From: Azolla caroliniana | Taxonomy: Eukaryota > Plantae > Polypodiophyta | NCBI GenBank assembly: GCA_043228905.1 | Contig: JBHGNT010000004.1 | Location: 11,284,001-11,348,000 of the forward strand | Reading direction: 5' to 3' | Length of the DNA: 64,000 nt | Part shown: in pieces, positions 1-11,366 of the stretch | Position numbering within the stretch: the first letter of the stretch is position 1 | Layout of the letters: every line of letters begins with the position of its first letter | Position numbers and translations under genes: made by a program | Notes under the pieces: generated by a model | Told to the model about the DNA's origin: nothing | Databases searched by the model: none | Seen by the model: the letters and a program-made list of their open reading frames with translations, nothing else

Positions 1-1170
1 AGTAGCGTACTCAGCCTCAATGCTTGAAAGGGCTACTATTGGCTTCTTTTAGCTGCTCCACGCAATAGCTGCGCTACCAAGGGAAAACATATAGCCAGAG
101 GTGGATTGACGATCCGATGCATTGTCGGCCTAGTCGGCATCGGTATAGCCGACTAGCTCTTCGGTTATACCATGCCGGTATAACAATCCCCATTACTTCG
201 TGCCGCTCACATATCCCAAAATTCGATGCACACACAGAAGGTGCTCCACGGTCGGCTTCTGCATATATAGGTTGATCACGCCGACCGGATAACTGATGTC
301 GGGTCGGGTGATTGTCAAATATATAAGGCTTCTAACGATTTTTCGGAACCGCTTCTAATCGCAGGCCGGTCCGAAGTCAAGACGGATCTTCTGGTTCCGG
401 TCCAAGGGTGTGGAGATCGGTCGGCATTCCATCATGCCGAACTTGTACAACATATTCAACACATAGTGTCTTTGTGAGAGCAATATGCCGTCGGGGGTTC
501 GGATCACCTTGATCCCAAGGAAATAGTGAAGGTCCGTCCCCCAGGTCCTTCATCTCAAATGCGTCCGACAACTGGAACTTGACTCGGTTGATTTCATCGA
601 GTCCAAGTCCGATGATGACTTGGTCATCAACAAACAACAAGATGCAAACTGGACCGTCCGGACCTTGTGGGATGAGCAACGAAGAGTCCGACTTGGAGGC
701 CACAAACCCCATCTTATGCAACCGGTGCGTGATCTTCACATTCCAAGCTCGGGAGGCTTGGTTCAGGCCATAAAGTGACTTCTTTAGCCGGCATACCGCT
801 GACTTGTTCATCTCTGACTGGAAACCGGGGGGTTGGGTCATAAAGACCTCTTCTTCAAGATCACCTTGAAGAAATGCATTCTTCACGTCCATCTGGTGAA
901 GATGCCACCCCCTTGTCGCAACAACCGCCAGCACCACATGAACCGTCGTCATCTTCGCTACCGGAGCGAAGGTCTCGTCATAGTCGATTCTGTGGGTCTG
1001 CACGTATCCCTTCGCCACTAACCGGGCCTTGTACTGGTTAACCGGACCGTCGGCATTGTACTTTACCTTGTACACCCACTTACATCCGATCGGTTTACAA
1101 TGTCGGGGAGGGTTAACTAGGTTCCATGTGTCATTGGCATCAAGTGCCCGCATCTCTTCCTCCATAGCGG
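1..1170 (-). pseudogene. pol: Ty1/copia (X-like) RT-RNase H fragment, interrupted at 1171 by gypsy G1
   Basis: ORF 377..1165 has copia RT motifs (KWVYKVK, YKARLVAKG, QMDVKNAFLQG, LKKSLYGL, LFVDD); RNase H motifs (GYTDAD, WSS-KKP) continue frameshifted towards position 1. Confidence 0.92.
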
Positions 1171-2232
1171 TGTTGTGAAGTACGAAAGCTTCACATTAAA
1201 AGTCTACAATAAGATAAATACGTAACTAAAATAAAATAAATCTTGATAATATTTTATACATAAAGATAATATTAACAACACACTATGATAATATTATACA
1301 TTTATATGTAGAGGTAAATAAGTAAATATATATGTTATATTACATCGACAAGAGAGGATTTGAGCCAATAATCCCCACCTTATGACACTCTATCATATGC
1401 GTTGTTTTATTTGAAGTAGTATTTTATAGTCTAAACCATGTAATACACCATATAACAAATTACATGGGCAAAAGGGAACTTGAACCAACAACCCCAACCT
1501 TACGGGCATTCAAACCTTACCATTTAGCCTATACTTCTGATGTATATAATATATATGTGTTGTATATATTGTATGGTTTAAACCATTAAATGTACCACAT
1601 GTGCACCATATAGCACACATGGAATAGCCTCTCTGCATGTGCACCATATAGCACACATGCAAGAGCTTCTCTTCCCTATAAAAGGAGAAGGGAGTATAGT
1701 CACAAAATCATCAAGGAATCAATCAATCATATGGAATAGAATTATTGTATGGAATTGTGCGAAATTATATTGTAAGAGATATCATAATAGAGAAAGAGTA
1801 AGAGAAGGTAAAAGCTATATACAATATTCAAAAGACAAGAGAAGAACTAGCTTGGTGGTGGCGGTGCTCAACTCGCAACGAAAAGGCGGAGGTTCGAGTC
1901 TCATCTCATTGAAAGATAGAAGAGAAGATTATGGTCTATTATCAAGAAAGAGAAGAGCGACAAAAGCGAAGATTGTGGTCGACCTTGTGAGACAAAGTTC
2001 GAATTCAACAATGCTCGCAACTATTTTGTAACTCTTTCATCAAATAATTATAAATCTCTTTTATTGCGTCAATTATCATTCTATATCCTATCTTGTCATA
2101 TCTTCTTGATCACTATTTATGTATTTCTACTCTTTCGTCTCTTCCGTTCATAATCCCAGCGATTCCATCCTCACTTTCACGTTATCTTCTGTCTACGCAA
2201 CTCTATGCTTCTAGGTGAGGCACGCCACGACA
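1171..2232 (+). repeat. 5' LTR of G1 (about 1.06 kb)
   Basis: Imperfect terminal inverted repeat TGTTGTG/CACGACA, TATAAAAG at about 1677, followed by a PBS; partner LTR not in window. Confidence 0.8.
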
Positions 2233-2237
2233 CAATT

Positions 2238-2255
2238 TGGTGAACCCGACGTGAA
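2238..2255 (+). promoter_or_regulatory. Primer-binding site, tRNA-Trp
   Basis: TGGTGAACCCGACGTGAA, complementary to the 3' end of plant cytosolic tRNA-Trp (recalled sequence). Confidence 0.85.
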
Positions 2256-2299
2256 ATGGGAAAGTAGAAGAGACATCTAAAGTAAAGATCAACATCAAC

Positions 2300-4474
2300 A
2301 TGGCAAGTACGAGTACAATGGATTCGGTAATGTTGTTTATTGAAAAGTTGAATCAAGATCGATTATTTCATGCCGTACGAGAAGTCCGAGAGAAGATTGG
2401 TATGTTTGATGGCACAAATATTTCAAAGTATGTGAATATATATTATGATGAAATGGAAATGTTTGGTATGAATGATGTCAATATGATAGCAAACTTTTAT
2501 AAATTAGTGGACATGGAATTAAGAGATAGAATTCATGAAATACAAACATTGCATAGTTTGGATTGGAATGCATTCAAAGAAGCACTTGTGTCTGAATATG
2601 CTTGTGAGGATTTCTCTCACGTTACTATGTGTTCATTCCATGAATGGGTCTTAAAACAAAATAAAAGATTATCTGTGGCTGACACAAAAAAAGAGTTTGT
2701 AAGATTGTATGGACACTTAATGCCAGAAGAAAGAAGTTATTTGTCTTGGGAAAAGGTTGCTTTATTTTTGCAGGCAGTTGACAGGAGATATAGAAAAGAA
2801 TTGGAATTTATGCTTGAAGTACCAAATACCGAGGATGGTATAACTGCAGATGGGAATGAGGTAACAAATGCTTGTAATAAATTTATGAAAAGAATGCAAA
2901 GAAATGGTGCAATGCTACAAATACCGCATGTGGGAATCACAAATCAGCTTGAGCAAAACATCGAAGTTCAAAGACTTGGTCGAGAGCCATCACACGAAAT
3001 GGTCCATCAACCACGAGAAATGATCGAAACTAAGAGTGAGTCTTTGCTTGATGATTTAGTTCAAAGTATGAAAGATCTAACAATTAAAGTGGCAAAGCTT
3101 GAGAATGGTCAGATTTCGAGGTCAAGGGAACCATTTCGACCTCGATGCATATGGTGTGATAGTCTCGAACATCGATTACGTGATTGTGCGGAATAGAAAG
3201 ACATGGAAAATCGAGACTTGGTGTATTGGAAAAATGGTAACATTTATTTAACTGAAACTAGAAGTCCACTTACAAAGAATTTTGGTGATGGTGGTGTTAA
3301 GGTTAAATTTGAAGAAGCTGAAGCAAAGAAGGCTTCCGCAATGTACTACTCGGCAACGGTAGGAATGCGCCTCGATGACATGTCATCCCGATCATCATTC
3401 TGGGAGAAGGTTGTAAGTACCGCACAAAAGCAAAAGATGAAGCTGGAAGACCTTCGTGTTGCCGTAGATTCTGTAAGGAAAAACACTGGATGGGATGTTC
3501 CAGTAGATGCTATGACGGTCTATGCTCAGATGGTAGAACACCAAGAGCATGAGGTGATAGTGGAAGAAAAAAGGAAAAGACCAGATGATGAGATTGGCTC
3601 AACAAAAAAGCATGAGACAAGAGAAAGCAAAAGAAAAGAGATGGACGCAAAAGTTGAAAAAGGTAAATCTGGTCCTTCATTCAAATTAATGTGTGATATT
3701 GAGAAAGATACTGATTTAAAGAAAGTTTTAGAAACAAGAATACTAGATAGTCGAGTAGAATTTACACTAAGAGAAGTGTTAGGTATTGCAAAAAAGGAAT
3801 TTCATGATGAAATAATTGATATTGTGCGAAGGAAGAAGCAAGTAAATGAGCAGGTTAAAGAGACAAATCCGAAGGTGGCATATGAAGTGGTGAGCAACGA
3901 GTCAAACAATATCGTTGTTGACTCTCAACATACATCAACCTCAATGATAAATTCAATAGATGTAAGAAGCCATTACTCTCGCAAATGTTGGGCAAGAGCC
4001 ACTACTGAGCATCATGTGAAGATTGGAAATGTTCCAAACCCCGTGATGACACTTATTGATCATGGTTCGGAAATAAATATAATGAGTGTTGATTTTTACA
4101 GGAAAGGTAGATGGGCAATTGATACTCAACATGGTTGATGAGTAAAAGCTGCCACTTCAGTCACAGAAGATTTAGTTGGTGCATGCTCAAATGTAAAGGT
4201 TACTATTGGTGATATAGAGGTAGATCAACATTTCTTTGTGTAGGAAGGATCTACATATCCAATAATCATGGGGCAACCATACATTACAACGGTACAGATG
4301 GAGACCAAAGTCCTCGACAATGGTTTTGCCTATGCGAAAATCCGTAGCCAAGATGGACGACGAACTGTACAATTTATGACAGTTCACCCAAATCATGAGA
4401 GGAACAAGCAAGAGCTTCGTGATCATTCAATACCAAAAGACTGTGATGATTTTGATAATCAGGTTTTTGACTAG
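2300..4474 (+). pseudogene. gag: G1 ORF1: Gag, Zn knuckle, aspartic protease (in-frame stops)
   Basis: CIWCDSLEHRLRDC CCHC knuckle; LIDHGSEIN protease motif; ORFs 2300, 3203 and 4268 share one frame. Confidence 0.85.
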
Positions 4475-4538
4475 GACTGTTGCGAGTGAGGGTCTTTTAA
4501 TAATGGGATAAGTCATTTCATATAGGGCATTACAACAT

Positions 4539-7500
4539 ATGAATAAGTCATTTCATGTTTTTGAAAGTGATGCTATATGTGTGACTAGGATGTCTGAATG
4601 CAAGAGGAACTTGAAAAAGAATGTTAATATGTTTCAGCAGGCATTGAAGGATAATGGAGTACTTGAAATGGAAGAGCAGATTGAAAGTGTTATGGAAGAA
4701 ATTTCTTTTGCAAATACTTTAGAAGAGTTAGAAATGTATTTGAAAGAAGATGATGAGAATGTTAGAAAGATACATGTAAACTCAATTGATATGTATTATG
4801 AAATTGATAAGTATACTTGTAAATATAAAGAAGTAGAAGGTTTATGTAACACAAAATATAAAACAATAGATAAAAAGATTAAACCTGCTGCAGTATCATT
4901 ACCTATTGGTAGCGAAGAAAAGATGAAGGCAACATCAACTAAGCCTATGCTTTGACCAATAGAGAAGATTGGACATCATTTCACTTCGGATACAATAAAT
5001 AACTTAAGAGTCGGAGGGGGTGAATTTCTTCTACAATCGGAGATCACGACTTTCAAAGACATGATCTTTAGGCATGGGAAAGCGTTCGCATTCAAAGCCG
5101 AGGAGATTGGTTGTGTAGATCCAAAGGTGGTAACGCCAATGGTAATATTTACTATCCCTCATATTCCTTGGAATTTTAAACCTATTCCAGTACCGAGAGC
5201 TCGATTACCTCAACTGTTGGAGCTGTTGAAGGATAAAGTCAAGATGAAGATTTTAGAGCCTTCAAATGCACCATACTCCCACCGATGGTTCACAGTTCCA
5301 AAGAAAGATGTTTCTCTAAGATTCATTCAAGATCTACAACTAGTCAACAAAGTCACAATCCAAAATGCAGGAATCGGTCTGATCGTTGATGAATTTGCGG
5401 AAGCTTTTGTTGGGAGAGCGATTTACTCTATGGTTGACCTATATTCAGGATACGACCAATTTCAACTAGCAATTGACAGTTGCAATATCACAATAATGAA
5501 AACACCAATTGGGTTGGTTCTAATGTGCACTCTACCTCAAGGTGCGACAAATTTAGTTGCTCATATGATGAATGCAATGAACAAGGTTCTACATGAGTAC
5601 ATCCCAAAGGTAACTATGCCATTTTTAGATGATATTCCTATTAAGGGATGCTTAGAAAGAGAGAAAGATGAGACTATGGTTTGAAATGGTTGCAGAAAGT
5701 TTGTGATGGATCACATTAATGATTGTGAAAGTATTTTAAATAAGCTTGAGCAGGTACATTTGACACTATCAGGAACAAAGTCTAGCTTTGGGCAAACCAA
5801 AGTTCTAATAGTTGGTCATATGTGTGGGTGGTATGGGAGGAAGCCTTCACTGATCAAAATTAACGCAATACAAAATATGAAGGAAGTTTGCGACTCGGTA
5901 ACAGAGGTGAGAAGATTTTTGGGTGCATGTGTGTTTTATCATATTTGGTTGCCACACTTTGCACATGTCTCAGATCCTCTCTACCAACTTGCACTTTGCA
6001 CTTTGGAAGAAGTTTATTTGGACTGATGAACATACACAAGTTGTTCAACAGTTGAAAGTAGCATTATTGAAAGCTCCAGTTCTTCGTTAACCAGACTACA
6101 AAGGTGAAAAACCAATTATAGTGACAATCGATACTAGCCCAATTGGGATTGGCTGGGTTATCAACTAAGAAGATGAAGACCAACATCGATATACTATCAG
6201 GTTTGGAGCAAAGATATTAAATGATAGACAAAGAAATTATGCACAAGTTAAACGAGAATTGTGGGGTTTGCTTACTGCATTAAAAACAGATAGAGATTAC
6301 TTGATCGGAGCAAATGTAGTAGTTGAAACAGATTGTTTGCCACTCATCGGAATGGTAGCAAGTTGCACAACACCAGATATTGCAATGCTTCGGTGGATTG
6401 CATACATTAGAACCATGAACCCAAAATTGCGGCATATAAAGGGAAAAGACAACCCAATTGCAGATATGTTGTCAAGGGCAAGGTTCATAAATGAAAAGGT
6501 GATGCAAACTGAAGATAAGAATTGGGAAACTACAAGCCATCGAGTTGCTCATCAAATATCTAGTAAGCCTCATGACGAGTTTAATGTAAGCATAATGTTC
6601 AAAGACACCGAATATGAAGGTCAATGGTTAGAAATAGGAAACTTTTTAAAGACTCAAGAAGCCAACCCATCATGGTCAAAGAAACAATCAAATGAATTTC
6701 GAAGACGAGCATTCAAGTTTTTTTACATGAAGGGCATTTATGGAGGCGTCCAAAAAGGCCAACCGAAAATCCTCTTCGAGTCATTTGTAAGGATGACATT
6801 AAGAGAAAATTAATTAATGAATTCCATGATAGTTTGTGGGCAGGACATAGAGGCATATGGGCGACATTTATGAAGTTGAAAGAAAAGTATTGGTGGCCAC
6901 ATATGTATAAAGATGTAACGAAATTTGTGGAAACCTGTGAGGTTTGCCAGAGGTATTCAACTATCCGGTATCAAGATGAGCTAAAACCAACATATTCATC
7001 ATCAATGCATTATAAATGGATGGTCGATCTAGTGACAATGCCACTTGGGGAAGGTCAAATGCGATATTTAGTACTAGCAAGAGAAGACCTTACAAACCAA
7101 GTAGAAGGAAGACCACTACGACAATAAACAACTAGAGCTATATGTAAATTTTTGTTAGAAGATGTAATATGTCGTTACGGGTGTGTTGGTAAAATAATTG
7201 CAGATAGAGGATAACTTGACTATGATGAAGCTAGAGAATTCTTCAGCCGAATTGGGGTCGAATTATCACTTACAATTGCGTATAATCCAGAAGCCAATGG
7301 AAAGATTGAAAGAGGACATAGCCCAATAGTTACGACGATCGTGAAAAGTTGTAAAGGTAAAATAAGAGATTGGCCACACATGCTACGTTATGCACTATGG
7401 GCGAATCGAACAACTCATAGTTCGGTAACAGGATACATGCCAGTTGAATTGATACTTGGCCAAAAGCCCATCATGACGGTAGAAGAATCAATTATGTCAT

Positions 7501-7765
7501 GGATATCTATTCTATGGAGAGAAGAGGTGAGCAGAGAAGAATTACTTGCTTTGCGAATTCAACCATTAGAGCGTCAACCTGAAGATATAGAATTAGCAGC
7601 CCAACGATTGAAGGAGGCTCGACTGAAGAATAAAATTCGTTTTGATAAAACTCATAGAATTCGACCTAAGAAAATAGAAGAAGGAGATTGGGTGCTCGTG
7701 TATGATAGCAGTTTAGATAATCAACATAACACCGTCTGCAAGTTTGTTGAAAGATGGTTTGGGCC
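4539..7765 (+). pseudogene. pol: G1 ORF2: RT-RNase H-integrase (stops/frameshifts)
   Basis: DLYSGYDQ, LPQGATN, FLDD (RT); VETDCLPL, NPIADMLSR (RH); GHRG..YWWP..CEVCQ and GKIERG (IN). Confidence 0.9.
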
Positions 7766-8089
7766 TATTGAGAATGAAGCTCAACTTGGTCTAGTGTGTG
7801 AACTCACCTTGAGAGTGAATAGACACTCCAACAGTCAAGAGTCACCATTATGTCACCTCTTTGTATTCTAGCATTTAGTATGAGTCATAGAATAATATTC
7901 TATGACACATAACTTATGAGCTTTCACATTCCCCATGCTCCACGAGTCTTGTAGTTAATGAAGAGAGAGGGTGACTATATAAAGCACCCTCCTCCCACCT
8001 TGTATTTTGTTGAGTCTTTCTCCTTTGTGAATATAATCTACCTTGCGTATACTCTGTGTCTTACTCCTTGTTTCTCTCTCACACTCTCT

Positions 8090-8150
<61 letters not shown>

Positions 8151-8197
8151 AGTTCACACCTATTCCGCTACACAAGAATCACACCCGATTCATTACA
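7766..8197 (+). repeat. 5' LTR of copia X1 with (CA)n microsatellite (about 8093-8146)
   Basis: TATTGAG...TTACA, TATATAAA at about 7976, directly followed by the PBS. Confidence 0.8.
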
Positions 8198-8209
8198 TGG
8201 TATCAGAGC
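8198..8209 (+). promoter_or_regulatory. Primer-binding site, tRNA-iMet
   Basis: TGGTATCAGAGC. Confidence 0.95.
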
Positions 8210-8358
8210 GATTTGGAAGCTCGATCTAGCCCATTCACCTCATCGTGATCATGTGTTGTGCTCTACGCCGACGACCAAGAACCGGCTCATTGCTATCGTA
8301 GCTTCGTCACATAGCTCGTATTTAAAGAGAGAAGAAGAAGAAGAAGAAGAATCACATA

Positions 8359-11285
8359 ATGAATACTAAAATGGGGAGCGCTCTCCCTACTGAGAAGTTG
8401 GATCGAAACAACTTCGCATCTTGGGAGTACAAGATGCACCAATACCTTGTCGGACAAGGCTATTGGAGCTACATCAAAGGAGAGCACGAAGACCGACCCG
8501 CCGAAGCGGCTCCCGACATGCGACATGGAAGCAAGCCGCAAGCCGCAAGCCGCGTGATGTATTGCTTGGCGACATGTGTTCACGATCACATGCTCGACTA
8601 CATTCGCAAAGCCAAGACGCCGAAGGAGGCATGGGAAAATCTACGAAAGATTTTCGCGGCGAACACAACCGCAAGAAGGCTTCAACTCCGCCAAGAGTTG
8701 AACAACATTCAACAAAGGGACATGTCCATCACGACATACACCTTGAAGATCAAGGATCTTTGCAACTCGCTTGGCTCGATAAGCGTAAGTATAGATGATG
8801 ATGAGATGGTGCAAATATGCCTCGACGGCCTCGCACCACAGTTCGGCACGATGCGAACCGCCATTCTAACAAAGGAGAAATCTCCCTCCTTCTTCGAGCT
8901 CCAATCAATGCTATTGGTCGGAGAAAACCACGTGCGTACAAGGAGCAATGAGTCAGAAGGCCACATGCTCTACACGCACTAGAATGGAGGAAGAGGACGT
9001 GGACGAGCGAGAGGCTGATTCGGCCAAGGACAAGGTGGACGAAGTCTGACCTACGACAACAACTCCCTATTTCGGCTGCAAAACGGAAGCCAACGAGGAA
9101 CCTTCACTTGAAGGGGGAGCTTCGACTCCGGCCCGAGCCGTCAAAACGCAACCGAATGCGGATATTGCGGAAAGCTCGGCCACCACGAAGAAGAGTGCCG
9201 AAAGAAGATGCATGAATCGGCTTCCACAAGCCGACAACTCACGAATTACACGCACAATTCCGACTACGAAGAGTATAGCGGAATGTACGAGCACAACTCC
9301 GACTACGAAGATCGTGGCGGAATGTATGCACACAACTCCGACCATGGCGGAATGTTCATGATGAAACATAGAGCAAACTCTATGTCGACCTCTACCTCAA
9401 CTAATGCCTCCGGTCCAGAAGACGTATGGTTCGTCGATTCCGGTGCCTCGAACAATATGACATCGCATCAAGAATGGTTCCTAGAACTTCGACAGCCGAA
9501 CTGACACGGCTATGTCAAAACCAGAGACGACACTACGCACCTGATTCGGCACATCGGCAATGTTCCATTCAGAAAAGAAGGTAAGAAAAATTACATTAAA
9601 AATGTCTTGCATGTACCGACCATTATGAAGAATTTGGTCTCCGTCGGCCAAATTGTAGAGCAAGGGATGCAAGTTCGATTTAATCAAGGCGGTTGCTTCA
9701 TCGAAAAAGAAGGCCGACTCATCGCACGCGCACGAAGAGAGGGCCGAATGTTCATTCTCGACTCACACGAGATGAAATCGGCCATGTTCACAAAGGGCAT
9801 GAAAGCCGACTCCGACATAGAGCTATGACACAAGCGAATCGGCCACATCAATCTCAACAAACTCAAAGCAATGAAATCGAAAGGAGTCGTCATCGGACTT
9901 CCGACATTCAAAGAGAAGGAGATTGAAGGTGTATGCGAAGCGTGCCAATTCAGCAAGCAACACCGACACCCATTCCCGAAAGAACGGAACGTGAGCAAAG
10001 GTCTACTCGACGTAGTCCATTCCGACGTATGGGGACCTGCACAGACGGCCACATTCGGCGGATGCCGATATTATGTGCTCTTCATCGACGACTTCTCCAG
10101 GCATACTTGGATCTACCCGATGCGGCAAAAGAGCGAAGTGTTCGGACACTTCCAAAAATTCAAGAATGAAGTCGAGAAAGCCACGGGCCGACATGTACAA
10201 TGTCTTCGATCGGATGGCGACAAGGAGCACTTCTCGGACGATTTCACGGCATATCTCCGAAAGGAAGGAATTCGGCGAGAATTCACTTGCCGACACACTC
10301 TGCAACAAAATGGAGTAGCCGAGCGCAAAGATTGGCACATCCTCGAAGTAGCGTGGGCCATGATGAACGAGAAGCATATGCCCAAGTCATATTGGGCTGA
10401 AGCTGCAAATACGGTCGTCTACCTAATGAACCGGTGCACAACATCTGGCGTGCACGAGGTCACTCCGCACGAAATATACTTCGGAAAGAAGCCAGACTTA
10501 TCACATATCCGGATATTCGGCGCGATAGCGTACGTGCACATCCCCCGCGGCAACCCCGCTCGATCACAATCTCAAACTCGATGCGAACTCCAGCACCAAA
10601 GCGTGTGAACCGACCCAGTATCGGCAACTCATCGGGAGTCTCATCTACCTCATGATCACACGACCCGATCTCAGTTATCCGGTCGGTCTCCTTAGCCAAT
10701 TCATGCAAACACTGTGTGATACTCACTTGAATTACACTAAGCGAGTTCTATGATACGTGAGTGGCACAATGGATTGCGGCATCCTCTACAAGACCGCGAT
10801 GCCAATACAACTCGAGGGGTACATAGACGCCAATTGGGCCGGCTACAAAGCTGATAGAAGATCAACCTCCGGATTTGTTTTTTCCCTCGGCAGCGGAGCA
10901 ATATCCTGGAGCAGCAAAAAGCAACCAACCGTTGCTCTTTCGAGCACAGAAGCGGAATACAGGGGCGCAGGAGTGGCCGCATGTGAAGCCGTATGGCTCA
11001 AAAGGATACTCAAGGATGTGGGCGTACCCATCAAGGATTCGACTTCCCTTTACCGCGACAACATGAGCAGTATCTATTTGGCTCGAAGTGCATTATCACT
11101 TCATCCGAGAGCGTGTTCTAGCTGGCGATGTCAACCTACAACACATTAGCACCAATCTTCAAACGACCGACATCTTCACTAAAGCCTTAGGAGACGACAA
11201 GCTATGGCAATTCATGACCGATCTCGGATTGACGATCCCTGACCTGCCAAGCTTGAGGGGGGGTACTGAAGACATTACGCAATAA
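8359..11285 (+). pseudogene. Copia X1 gag-pol polyprotein remnant
   Basis: EKLDRNNFASW (gag), WFVDSGASNNM (PR), CEACQ / VHSDVWGP / RSDG / QQNGVAER (IN), DANWAG / SSTEAEY (RH). Confidence 0.92.
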
Positions 11286-11366
11286 CACGTGGATTCCGCA
11301 AACCGCGCACATTACGCAATAACGTATGGATTCCGCAAACTGCGCACACTACGCAATAACGTATGA

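Larger units (their letters stand above)
1171..7765 (+). mobile_element. Ty3/gypsy element G1 (tRNA-Trp primed), 3' truncated by a copia insertion
   Basis: LTR TGTTGTG...CACGACA, PBS, then gag-PR-RT-RH-IN; sequence stops in the integrase WFGP motif at the next LTR. Confidence 0.9.
7766..11366 (+). mobile_element. Ty1/copia X1, internally deleted, 3' LTR missing
   Basis: LTR 7766-8197, PBS TGGTATCAGAGC, gag-PR-IN, jump at about 10547 from late IN to the RT C-terminus, then RNase H. Confidence 0.9.

Noticed and set aside
1639-2031. 130-aa ORF in the G1 LTR
   Set aside because: Non-ATG start, spans the TATA box, purine-rich low complexity
7955-8369. HT/CV-repeat ORFs
   Set aside because: Translations of the (CA)n microsatellite in the LTR
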